A stretch of DNA of 64,000 nucleotides from a candidate division Kazan bacterium (lineage in GTDB: Bacteria > Patescibacteriota > Kazan-3B-28). Within the stretch, counting starts at the first letter, position 1. Each line of letters begins with the position of its first letter. This document shows positions 1 through 9,101 of this stretch, piece after piece. The translations under genes were made by a program, and so were the position numbers. The stretch is taken from the NCBI GenBank assembly GCA_003647645.1, contig QMNG01000002.1, forward strand, positions 1,151-65,150. Reading direction: 5' to 3'. The notes under the pieces are model-generated. The model was not told the origin of the DNA, ran no database searches, and saw nothing but the letters and a program-made list of their open reading frames with translations.

Positions 1-2
1 AG

Positions 3-1007
3 CCCATCATCAGCCGTATAAAACTACTGGCCAACTTAAAACTTAATATTAAAAAAACTGCCCAGGATGGTCGCCTTTCTATCACAGTGGGAAAGGACAA
101 ATACGATATTCGAGTTTCTATACTACCTACTCAGTATGGTGAATCTGTAGTCATGCGCCTGCTGCCCCAAGAAAGCAAATTTATCACTTTAGATAAATTG
201 GGATTAGACGCAACCTCTCAAAAACTGATCAATGAAGCCATCCACCAACCCAATGGTTTAATTCTTAATACCGGCCCTACCGGTTCTGGTAAAACTACTA
301 CCCTTTACGCGATTCTCAATACCATAAATTCGCCGACCAAAAAAATCATCACTGTCGAGGATCCTATAGAATATCGGCTAAAGGGCATTACCCAAACCCA
401 GGTAGACCCTGAAGCCGGATACGATTTCCCTAACGCCTTGCGCTCAATCGTCCGACAAGATCCGGATATCATTTTAGTTGGGGAAATCCGGGATCAGGAG
501 ACCGCTAACATTGCCATCAACGCCTCTCTGACTGGACACTTGGTGTTATCAACTCTACATGCTAATAGCGCCATCGGGGCCATCCCCCGTCTGATAGACC
601 TAGCGGCCAGACCAAAACTTTTTGCAAACGCTTTACAAATCGTTGTGGCTCAACGTCTGCTTCGAACTGTCTGCCCCAAGTGCGGGAAAAAATATAAGCC
701 TACCCCGGAAGAAAAAAGACAAATCCGAAAAATTTTGCCTGATGCCAAAATTCCCGAATTTCTTATTCGGGCAACGGGTTGTGAGGCCTGCAATAATACC
801 GGCTTCAAAGGCAGAGTTGGCATTTTTGAAGTTCTAAAAGTTACACCCGAAATCAGAGAACTCATCATAGGCAAGCAGTCAGTTCGAACCATCGCTAAGC
901 AGGCTATTGCTCAAGGCATGGTAACCATGGCCCAAAATGGCATTGATAAAGTATTAAAGGGTCAAACTACCCTCAAAGAATTGTTCAGAATCATTGCCAA
1001 CAAATAA
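3..1007 (+). CDS. GspE/PilB family type II secretion/type IV pilus assembly ATPase (5' truncated by window edge)
   Basis: Frame is open from position 3 (…KTAQDGRL); Walker A GPTGSGKTT, TVEDPIEY, RQDPDIILVGEIRD, TGHLVLSTLH, tetracysteine CPKC…CEAC. Confidence 0.93.
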   Translation, partial: PIISRIKLLANLKLNIKKTAQDGRLSITVGKDKYDIRVSILPTQYGESVVMRLLPQESKFITLDKLGLDATSQKLINEAIHQPNGLILNTGPTGSGKTTTLYAILNTINSPTKKIITVEDPIEYRLKGITQTQVDPEAGYDFPNALRSIVRQDPDIILVGEIRDQETANIAINASLTGHLVLSTLHANSAIGAIPRLIDLAARPKLFANALQIVVAQRLLRTVCPKCGKKYKPTPEEKRQIRKILPDAKIPEFLIRATGCEACNNTGFKGRVGIFEVLKVTPEIRELIIGKQSVRTIAKQAIAQGMVTMAQNGIDKVLKGQTTLKELFRIIANK

Positions 1008-1032
1008 CTCAGTGCTATAGAATGGACTTAAG

Positions 1033-1818
1033 GTGAAAGGGCGGAATAACCCCTCTCTTTTTATGTCTAAAATTCGCAGTATCTTTGCCATCGCTTTAAT
1101 ACTCGGCCTAGTCATCGCTGAGTTTTGGCCAAGCACAGGTGAATTAAAAACTCCCTCCCCCGTACCACAAGCCGAGGCTAAATATGATGATTTGATATCC
1201 TCCATCCTGGACAGCTACATAGACATTGAATATCAAATCCCCGATCGATCAAAAATTAGCACATTTGTGGACTTTGACCTTCCCAGACCCAGTAGCATTG
1301 ACCAAGATACTTTTACAGTATCCCAACTTAGCGGCTACACTTCATCTGTTTTGTCAGATGACCCAACGCTACCCGACACATCCTATAGTTCTTCTAGTCC
1401 TCCACCCTCTTCTATTTTAAATAAAGTAGTACCCCCGTTTGGCAGCCCGCTCTACACTGCCTATCAAGATGGGGCCAAAGCTTGGTATCAAAAGGACGAC
1501 AATGTTTTAGTTATCTACCCTAACGAAAATATTGGCAGTTTTAATGCCAGCACCGGGATGCCCTCCACTTGGCTGAAACAAGAACTGGCTTATGAACCGA
1601 TTGACGATGCTAACGCCATTTCTAATTACATTAAAAACTACCGGGCTGAAGTTGTTGCAGAAACTACTCGTTGGGTACTAATGGAATTCCCCTCCGGAGG
1701 AGTAGTCAAGGTAATTAAACCCTCATTTGCCAGCTCCAATCAAGAAACCACTGGCGTTTCAGTAGGAAGTCCGGCTTACGGCAATCTTCCCAGTGTTTTG
1801 CCGGGATATGGAAATTAG
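1033..1818 (+). CDS. Hypothetical secreted/membrane-anchored protein (start may be ATG 1063)
   Basis: 261-aa ORF with N-terminal hydrophobic segment (IFAIALILGLVIAEFW) and a Ser/Pro-rich body. Confidence 0.65.
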   Translation: MKGRNNPSLFMSKIRSIFAIALILGLVIAEFWPSTGELKTPSPVPQAEAKYDDLISSILDSYIDIEYQIPDRSKISTFVDFDLPRPSSIDQDTFTVSQLSGYTSSVLSDDPTLPDTSYSSSSPPPSSILNKVVPPFGSPLYTAYQDGAKAWYQKDDNVLVIYPNENIGSFNASTGMPSTWLKQELAYEPIDDANAISNYIKNYRAEVVAETTRWVLMEFPSGGVVKVIKPSFASSNQETTGVSVGSPAYGNLPSVLPGYGN

Positions 1819-1880
1819 AATCTGAATTTTAGAACTAGTTTTTTACCAGTAGCACACTCCAACGGATTAATAAACCACCA

Positions 1881-3998
1881 CTATTGGGGCCAAGCTTGTG
1901 TAATAAGCTGGCCGCTACTGCTGTATAATTCCTGCCATACAGCTTCAGTCACAAACGGCACAAAAGGATGAAGCATTATGAGGGAGTTTTTAAGTATATG
2001 GTTAAGTACTGCTCCAGCAGCGTCCGAGGCTTTAGCATCCTCAAGCCGGGGTTTGGTATTTTCGATACATTCATCGCAAAATCTATGCCAAAAGTATTGG
2101 TAAAGTGTATCCCCTGCTTGTCCGATCTCGTACTTATCCATTTCCCTCGTAACTTTTTTTATAATTTCTTTAAACTCTTTTAACATCTTGGTGTCGGCAG
2201 TGCTTAGATTAACATTATTGATCGATTTAGCACCGGGAGCCTTCATACTAATGAACCGCGCCGCATTCCAGATCTTATTGGCAAAATTCCTGTATGCACG
2301 GATCTTATTCTCATCCACATGAGTGTCACTGCCGGGGGCGGTTCCCATCATCATCCCCATCCGCAAAGCATCGGCACCGTATTTTTCTACCATATCGATC
2401 GGATCAATCACGTTACCCTTAGATTTAGATATCTTTTGGTTGTTTTTGTCTCGGACAATGCCGTTTAGATAAACCAATTCGAAGGGAACCTCACCAGTAC
2501 AGTAAAGCCCCAGCATGATCATCCGGGCCACCCAAAAGAAAATGATTTCATACCCTGTCTCCATCACAGTAGTAGGATAGAAATATTTGAAATCTTGCGT
2601 CTCTCTCGGCCAGCCCAAAGTGGTGAAGGGCCACAAGCCGGATGAAAACCAGGTGTCGAGAGTGTCGTTCTCTTGTACCACTTCCCCCCCAAGTTCTTTT
2701 TGGGCATCATCTGTGTTCTTAGCTACGGCAAACTTGGTTTTGTCACTTTTTAGATAATAGATAGGAATTCGATGCCCCCACCACAATTGCCGGCTAATAT
2801 TCCAATCCCGAATATTTTCCATCCAATTGAGATAAACCTTTTTGAATCGCTTGGGAATAAATTTGATTTTACCCGATTTTACAGCCTCGAGTGCCGGCTT
2901 AGCCAGTGATTCAATCTTTACAAACCACTGTTTAGAAATAAGCGGTTCAACCACTTCTTTGCATCTGTCACAATGGCCAACCCTGTGTTCATACTTAATT
3001 TGTTTTTCAATCAACCCCGATTTATTGAGATCTTCCAGAATTTTCTTTCTGGCATCCAAAACTTTCAGACCCGCATATTTGCCTGCTCTATTTGTCATCT
3101 TGGCATCCTGTCCAACTACTATCGGCGCATCCAATTTGTGCCTCTCTCCTATTTCAAAATCAGTCGGATCATGCGCTGGAGTAACCTTAACTGCTCCGGT
3201 GCCAAACTTCGGATCAACCGCATCATCGGCCACAATCGGAATTTCTCTTCCCACTAGGGGCAGGATTAGAGTTTTGCCAATCAAATTTTTATATCGCTTG
3301 TCCTTGGAATTTACCGCCACGGCCGTATCCCCCAGCATCGTTTCCGGACGAGTTGTCGCTACTGTTATAAATTCATCACTATTTTGGAGAGGATATTTAA
3401 TATAGGTCAGCTGGCCTTCAGTTTCCTGATATGCTACTTCCAGATCAGACAGACCTGTGTTGCATCTTGGACACCAATTTACAATTCTTTCCCCTTGATA
3501 AATCAGTCCTTCGTCATACATCTTTTTAAAAGTATGATAAACTGCTTCGCTAACATCAGGATCAAGTGTAAATTTATTACGTGTCCAATCACAACTAGCG
3601 CCCAGCCGACGTAACTGGTCTTCCACAATCTTCCTTTTTTCCAAAACGAATTTGCGCAGACGTTTGATAAATTCTTCCCTGCCTAAATCATAGCGGGTTT
3701 TGTTCTCTTCTTTCTTCAAGATTTTTTCAAAAAAAACTTGGCTGGCAATCCCGGCATGATCCGCACCCGGCAGCCACAAAGTTGGCTCACCCTTTAAGCG
3801 ATGATAGCGAATCATAATATCCTCTAACGTTACAAATAAAGCATGTCCAATATGCAGTCGATCGTAAGCGTTAGGAGGAGGCATAGTAATCACATACGGC
3901 TGCTTGTCCTTGTCGATCTTAGGCGTAAGGACGCCTGACTTTTCCCAAGCCCGGTAAATCTTTCCCTCTAATTCCTTAAAATTAAATTTATTTTCCAT
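1881..3998 (-). CDS. valS: Valine--tRNA ligase (compact, no C-terminal coiled-coil arm)
   Basis: PPPN…HIGH, TTRPETMLGDTAVAV, GTGAVKVTPAHD, DWNISRQLWWGH, DTWFSS, KISKS; likely start MENKF at 3998. Confidence 0.96.
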   Translation of the reverse strand: MENKFNFKELEGKIYRAWEKSGVLTPKIDKDKQPYVITMPPPNAYDRLHIGHALFVTLEDIMIRYHRLKGEPTLWLPGADHAGIASQVFFEKILKKEENKTRYDLGREEFIKRLRKFVLEKRKIVEDQLRRLGASCDWTRNKFTLDPDVSEAVYHTFKKMYDEGLIYQGERIVNWCPRCNTGLSDLEVAYQETEGQLTYIKYPLQNSDEFITVATTRPETMLGDTAVAVNSKDKRYKNLIGKTLILPLVGREIPIVADDAVDPKFGTGAVKVTPAHDPTDFEIGERHKLDAPIVVGQDAKMTNRAGKYAGLKVLDARKKILEDLNKSGLIEKQIKYEHRVGHCDRCKEVVEPLISKQWFVKIESLAKPALEAVKSGKIKFIPKRFKKVYLNWMENIRDWNISRQLWWGHRIPIYYLKSDKTKFAVAKNTDDAQKELGGEVVQENDTLDTWFSSGLWPFTTLGWPRETQDFKYFYPTTVMETGYEIIFFWVARMIMLGLYCTGEVPFELVYLNGIVRDKNNQKISKSKGNVIDPIDMVEKYGADALRMGMMMGTAPGSDTHVDENKIRAYRNFANKIWNAARFISMKAPGAKSINNVNLSTADTKMLKEFKEIIKKVTREMDKYEIGQAGDTLYQYFWHRFCDECIENTKPRLEDAKASDAAGAVLNHILKNSLIMLHPFVPFVTEAVWQELYSSSGQLITQAWPQ

Positions 3999-4923
3999 TT
4001 TTTTGTATAAAATAGGAGGCCATTCCAATCATAACAGCATTATCGGTACAGTATTTGGAATTTGGAACAACCAGCCGAAGCCCCTTAGCCGTAGCCCGTA
4101 AATCAACTTCCTCGCGCAGACGTTTATTAGCCGCCACTCCCCCGCCCAGTAGAATAGTTTTTACTTTATACTTTTGGGCCGCCCTCATTAATTTGGTGGC
4201 CAAAACATCAACCACCGCCTCTTGAAACTCGTGAGCAATATCTTCCTTCCTGCCTTTTGCTCGGATAACCGCGGTCTTAAGCCCCGAGAAACTAAAATCC
4301 AACCCCCTATTTTTCATTGGCCTCGGCAGTTCTACTGTTCTATTGGATACTGAATACTGAATGCCGGCCGCGGCAGCAGCTATCGCCGGACCCCCGGGGT
4401 AATCTAACCCCAACACTCGTGCAGCTTTATCAAAGGCCTCTCCAGCTGCATCATCTCGAGTTTCCCCAAGACATTTGTAATCTCCATGCCTCCGCACCAA
4501 AACTAATTCTGTATGTCCTCCGCTAGCGACCAAAGCTACAAGCGGAAATCTAATGTCATTATCGACAAATCCCGCATAGACATGACCCAACAGGTGATTA
4601 ATTTTAACGACCGGTTTATGCCACAAATATCCGAGTGTTTTAGCAGCATTGACGCCCACCAACAAAGAACCCAACAATCCCGGCTCACCAGTCACCGCAA
4701 TTTTATCTATGTCTTGAGGACCAAGCTTGCTTTTTTTAAGCGCCATCTCGATCAGGGGATAAATTGCTTTTAAATGCTCCCGAGATGCTACTTCTGGCAC
4801 TACCCCGCCAAAATTGGCGTGTAACTTTTCCTGCGAAGCCACCAAACTGACCAAAACTTTTCGGTTGTTTAGAATTGCCACAGCCGTATCGTCGCAAGAT
4901 GTCTCAATTGCTAGAATCTTCAT
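3988..4923 (-). CDS. tsaD: tRNA N6-threonylcarbamoyladenosine transferase TsaD
   Basis: ILAIETSCDDT, GGVVPEVASREH, HLLGH, SGGHT, DDAAGEAFDK, FSFSGLKT, CTDNAVMI. Confidence 0.97.
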   Translation of the reverse strand: MKILAIETSCDDTAVAILNNRKVLVSLVASQEKLHANFGGVVPEVASREHLKAIYPLIEMALKKSKLGPQDIDKIAVTGEPGLLGSLLVGVNAAKTLGYLWHKPVVKINHLLGHVYAGFVDNDIRFPLVALVASGGHTELVLVRRHGDYKCLGETRDDAAGEAFDKAARVLGLDYPGGPAIAAAAAGIQYSVSNRTVELPRPMKNRGLDFSFSGLKTAVIRAKGRKEDIAHEFQEAVVDVLATKLMRAAQKYKVKTILLGGGVAANKRLREEVDLRATAKGLRLVVPNSKYCTDNAVMIGMASYFIQKNGK

Positions 4924-4987
4924 AACCTCTATAATATACTACAAAGTTCGTTACAGGAGCGAATTTTTACTGTAAAATAGAAGTGAA

Positions 4988-6019
4988 ATGAAGTTATTGG
5001 ACGACAAATCTTTAGACAAAAAAAGTTGGGATTCTGCCCTGTTATCCCGCTCTGATGCCCATTTCTTACAGAGTTGGGCTTGGGGAGATTTTAATAAAAA
5101 ACTAAACAATCAGGTTTGGCGACTGGCTGTGGAAGACGAAGGTGTGATAATTAATCAGCTTCTTGTTGTTAAATTGAATGTCGGTTTTGGATTTTCTCTG
5201 CTCTACTCCCCTAAGGGTAATTTAATTAATAAAGAGCTACCTGTCAGCTCACAACAGACCAGTTCAAAACTATTATTGGATAAAATAAAGTCAATTGCCC
5301 AAAAAAACAGAAAAATCATTCTCTTCCGGATCGATCCCCACGTTCTTACATCGGACACCACCACCCCATCTTTTTATCACTCGTTAGGATTTATCTTAAA
5401 CCAAAGCAAAAATATCCAGCCCAAACATTCATTACTTTTAGATCTTACCCAACCCTTGGATTCGATAATGAAAAAAATGAAACAAAAAACCCGTTACAAT
5501 ATAAACCTAGCGGCCAAATATAACATGGACATTCACATTTCCACCAATCCGGCAGATATTGAGATCTTTTTGGATTTGGCTCACGCTACCTCTGAAAGAA
5601 ACAAATTTGCCCTCCATCCCGACAACTATTACAGAACTCAGTTTGAAGTTTTGAGCCAAAATGAGATTCAAAGGTTAATGATAGCCGAATACGAACATCG
5701 ACCTATCGCGGCTATTTTGGTTAACACATTCGGTGATACGGCCACATATGTCCATGGAGCATCAGGAGACAGCGACCGCAACTTAATGGCCCCCTATCTC
5801 CTACAGTCTTCCGCTATTATTAAGGCCAAGGATGACGGTATAAAAATCTATGATTTTTGGGGTATTCATCCCAATCCCAATCACTCATGGGCAGGCATCA
5901 CCCGCTTTAAGCGGGGTTTCGGAGGGAATGAGGTTGAATATATAGGAACACTGGAACTGCCTCTAAACTCCACATTCTATAGGTTATACAAATTTGTTAA
6001 CCAATATCGAAAGGCATGA
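4988..6019 (+). CDS. FemABX family lipid II aminoacyltransferase (peptidoglycan interpeptide bridge)
   Basis: HFLQSWAWG, KQKTRYNINLA, YVHGAS, YDFWG, GITRFKRGFGG. Confidence 0.9.
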   Translation: MKLLDDKSLDKKSWDSALLSRSDAHFLQSWAWGDFNKKLNNQVWRLAVEDEGVIINQLLVVKLNVGFGFSLLYSPKGNLINKELPVSSQQTSSKLLLDKIKSIAQKNRKIILFRIDPHVLTSDTTTPSFYHSLGFILNQSKNIQPKHSLLLDLTQPLDSIMKKMKQKTRYNINLAAKYNMDIHISTNPADIEIFLDLAHATSERNKFALHPDNYYRTQFEVLSQNEIQRLMIAEYEHRPIAAILVNTFGDTATYVHGASGDSDRNLMAPYLLQSSAIIKAKDDGIKIYDFWGIHPNPNHSWAGITRFKRGFGGNEVEYIGTLELPLNSTFYRLYKFVNQYRKA

Positions 6020-7479
6020 AACAACAGGTTAAAAAAATATTAGGCAAATCTTTTTCCCCGGGCTCTATTTTATACAACACTTATCACAAAAGCCGGGGTG
6101 TTTTGGCTGCTACAATTTCTGGTTTTCCTTCCAGCAAGATAATAACCATTGGCGTTACCGGCACCAACGGCAAAACTGCTACCTCAATTATGCTGGCTCA
6201 CATACTGGAATCTGCAGGAGAAAAGGTTGGGTTAATTACCACCGTTAGTTACTGGATCGGCAATAAAAAATGGGTTAACGAAACTAAAATGACCACTGAT
6301 ACACCTTTTAAAACTCAACGGCTTCTGCGACGGATGGTAAAAGCAGGCTGTCGATTTGCGATTGTTGAAACCTCTTCACACGCTCTGATGCAACATAGAA
6401 CCTGGGGCATCTTCTACGATGTAGCTGTATTTACTAATCTTTCCCAAGACCATCTTGATTACCATAAAACAATGGAGAACTATCGCGATACTAAAGCCAA
6501 ACTATTCAAAGAACTTTACGATTCGCCCCGCGTTCCGTATGTCCCTAAAATTATGGTATTGAATTACGACGATCCCCTGCATAGCTATTTTGGAAAATTC
6601 GAAGCAGACAAAAAAGTTGGGTTTAGCGCAGCTTTGAATATTTCCTCCACCCTTAAAAATTCATCTTCACCAATAAAGCCAATGGTTTGGGCAGAAGATA
6701 TCCAGCTTTTTCCTACCCACAGTACTTTTACAATATTTGTACCAAAATCTGCCGCTCCTGCTGGAATGGACGCCATTGATCACACTGGTCAGACAGTATT
6801 TCCATCGGGATTTGAGTCAATTAATGTCAGACTCAACGTTCCGGGTCGTTTTAATATTGAAAATGCAATGGCAGCAGCCAGCACAGCACACGCCTTAGGA
6901 TTTAAATTAGAAAAAATTAAAAGCGGACTTGAGAGTATCACCAAAATCCCTGGGCGCATGGAATATATAGACGAAGACCAGCCATTTACTGTCATTTCTG
7001 ACTATGCCCATACTCCCGATGGCTATGACAAAGCTCTTTCTTCTATACGTGGTTTTACTGAGGGCAAATTAATCATAGTTTTTGGCGCCGCTGGTGACAG
7101 AGACAAAGACAAACGCCCCCAACTCGGACGGATTGCCAGCCAGTATGGAGATATTTTAATTCTTACCGAGGAAGATCCAGCCAGCGAAGACCCCGCCGAA
7201 ATTGTAGAAACGATTAAAACTGGCATCCCAAATAAATTTATAGAAAACAAGAATCTGTACGTAATTCTCGATCGTCCAAAAGCCGTGCAAAAAGCTTTTG
7301 AATTAGCTCAGCCAAACGATACCGTCGTTTTGCTGGCGCTGGGAGCACAAACAGTTATGGCAAAAAAGGAAGGAATTGTTCCATACAATGAACGCCAATA
7401 TGCCAGAAATCTGCTACAATTGGCTGTTAAACAAAACCAATACGATTACAATAGTCATCCTAAGCGAGACGATAGTTGA
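6016..7479 (+). CDS. murE: UDP-MurNAc-dipeptide amino acid ligase MurE
   Basis: GVTGTNGKT, ETSSHAL, FTNLSQDHLDYH, PGRME, DYAHTPD, FGAAGDRDKDKR. Confidence 0.92.
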   Translation: MKQQVKKILGKSFSPGSILYNTYHKSRGVLAATISGFPSSKIITIGVTGTNGKTATSIMLAHILESAGEKVGLITTVSYWIGNKKWVNETKMTTDTPFKTQRLLRRMVKAGCRFAIVETSSHALMQHRTWGIFYDVAVFTNLSQDHLDYHKTMENYRDTKAKLFKELYDSPRVPYVPKIMVLNYDDPLHSYFGKFEADKKVGFSAALNISSTLKNSSSPIKPMVWAEDIQLFPTHSTFTIFVPKSAAPAGMDAIDHTGQTVFPSGFESINVRLNVPGRFNIENAMAAASTAHALGFKLEKIKSGLESITKIPGRMEYIDEDQPFTVISDYAHTPDGYDKALSSIRGFTEGKLIIVFGAAGDRDKDKRPQLGRIASQYGDILILTEEDPASEDPAEIVETIKTGIPNKFIENKNLYVILDRPKAVQKAFELAQPNDTVVLLALGAQTVMAKKEGIVPYNERQYARNLLQLAVKQNQYDYNSHPKRDDS

Positions 7480-7523
7480 GCCGAGGGACCCCGTATATAA
7501 AATAATTAAATTAAGGAGATACT

Positions 7524-8519
7524 ATGGTGGAATTTGATGAAAATTTAAACCCAATTCAAAGGAAACAACCCGAAACTCCTAATCCGACCCCCCGCCCGGG
7601 CGATCTACCCCAGGCAGATGAACCTCCGCTTCCCCAAGAACCTATTCAGTCTTTAGGGGATACTCAACCCCGCCCTCCCCTTGAACTTGTTAAAGAACCT
7701 GCATCATCCTCCCCGAGAATACCTGACCCAACTCCTCCAACCAGAGCGTCGAACGACCAGCCTTCCACCAAACAAACGGGTGGTGTTTTGGCAGCAGTCA
7801 GCATCATGGCCATCTTAGCGGCGACGGCTATCGCTATTGTCAGCATTATGTCCAATAATAATTCTTCCTTTGTAATTTCCTCTGGTCCAAGAGAGGGACT
7901 AACCGTCACCGCTAGCGGAACAGTCAGCGTTATTCCTGATGTATCAAAAGTCACCTTTGGAATTATCCATAAGGCATCAACAGTTAGCACCGTAGAAGAC
8001 AAGATCAACAGCACGATGGACGACATCAAAAATGCCCTTAAGAAATTTAAAATCAAAGATGCAGATATTAAAACCAGCGGCTATCAAATCTATCCCGAAT
8101 ACGATTACCGCGCTAGAACACGTCGCATTATCGGCTATACAGGAACCCACCAACAAATTCTTACCATCCGTGATCTAGAGGATGTCAATGACATCATCGA
8201 TGCGATTACCGATGCCGGTGCAAACACCGTTGGCAATGTCACTTTTACAATCGACGACGAAGAAGAGTGGAACAATCAGGCCCGGGCTGAGGCCATAGAA
8301 AGAGCCAAGGACAAAGCCAGAGCAATAGCCGACGAAGCTAATATTAAACTTGGCAAAATTATTTCCATTGACCAAGATATTATCCACCCCTCGCCTTTTC
8401 GAGAAATTACTTTTGACGCCGGATTTGGAGGCGGCGAAGAGGTGGACATCAGTCCCAGTATCGAGCCGGGTTCACAGGAAATTAAAGTGACAGTCACTCT
8501 TGTGTACGAAATTAAATAA
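7524..8519 (+). CDS. SIMPL (DUF541) domain membrane-anchored protein
   Basis: Pro-rich N-terminus, TM helix, LTVTASGTVSVIPD, IKTSGYQIYPEYDY, AIERAKDKA, IEPGSQEIKVTV; AGGAG RBS. Confidence 0.88.
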   Translation: MVEFDENLNPIQRKQPETPNPTPRPGDLPQADEPPLPQEPIQSLGDTQPRPPLELVKEPASSSPRIPDPTPPTRASNDQPSTKQTGGVLAAVSIMAILAATAIAIVSIMSNNNSSFVISSGPREGLTVTASGTVSVIPDVSKVTFGIIHKASTVSTVEDKINSTMDDIKNALKKFKIKDADIKTSGYQIYPEYDYRARTRRIIGYTGTHQQILTIRDLEDVNDIIDAITDAGANTVGNVTFTIDDEEEWNNQARAEAIERAKDKARAIADEANIKLGKIISIDQDIIHPSPFREITFDAGFGGGEEVDISPSIEPGSQEIKVTVTLVYEIK

Positions 8520-8526
8520 ATCGACT

Positions 8527-9054
8527 ATGACAAAACGGCTTTTTATAGCCATACCACTAACGGCAGATGTAAGATCTGCCGTTAGTGCATATGCTCAAAA
8601 ACTCAATTTAAACATTGTCTGGACAAAGCCAAACAATCTTCACATAACGCTGGTGTTTTTAGGCGACACCGATGTAGAAAAAATCCCGGCCATTCGGCAA
8701 GCTATAGACATAATCAGCCGAAATAACCGGCCATTTGCTATTTCCCTATCGAAAGCCGGATATTTTCGCAATAGCGGAGCTTTGTGGGTTAGCATAGAAA
8801 AAAATCGCGAACGGCTGGAGCAACTAGCCAACTCAATACGGGAGGAGTTAGTCAAAAATCGAATTAACTTTGACGGCCAGCACAGCTTTGTTGCCCACCT
8901 CACAATTGCGCGAAACAAAAAAGGGATTCCAATTCCTCGCGAATTGCCTGATTTTCCTTCAATTGATCTGCCTATTAAAAAAATTATCTTGTTTGAAAGC
9001 CAACTAACTAAGCCTCAAGTCACCTACACTCAACTTCACATCGGTCAGTTATAA
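8527..9054 (+). CDS. thpR: RNA 2',3'-cyclic phosphodiesterase (2H family)
   Basis: RLFIAI start, two HxT motifs (HITL, HLTI), LFESQL. Confidence 0.9.
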   Translation: MTKRLFIAIPLTADVRSAVSAYAQKLNLNIVWTKPNNLHITLVFLGDTDVEKIPAIRQAIDIISRNNRPFAISLSKAGYFRNSGALWVSIEKNRERLEQLANSIREELVKNRINFDGQHSFVAHLTIARNKKGIPIPRELPDFPSIDLPIKKIILFESQLTKPQVTYTQLHIGQL

Positions 9055-9101
9055 TGAAGACATACTCCTTTTAAAAAACCTAAAAAAATCTTTTTTCCAA
9101 T

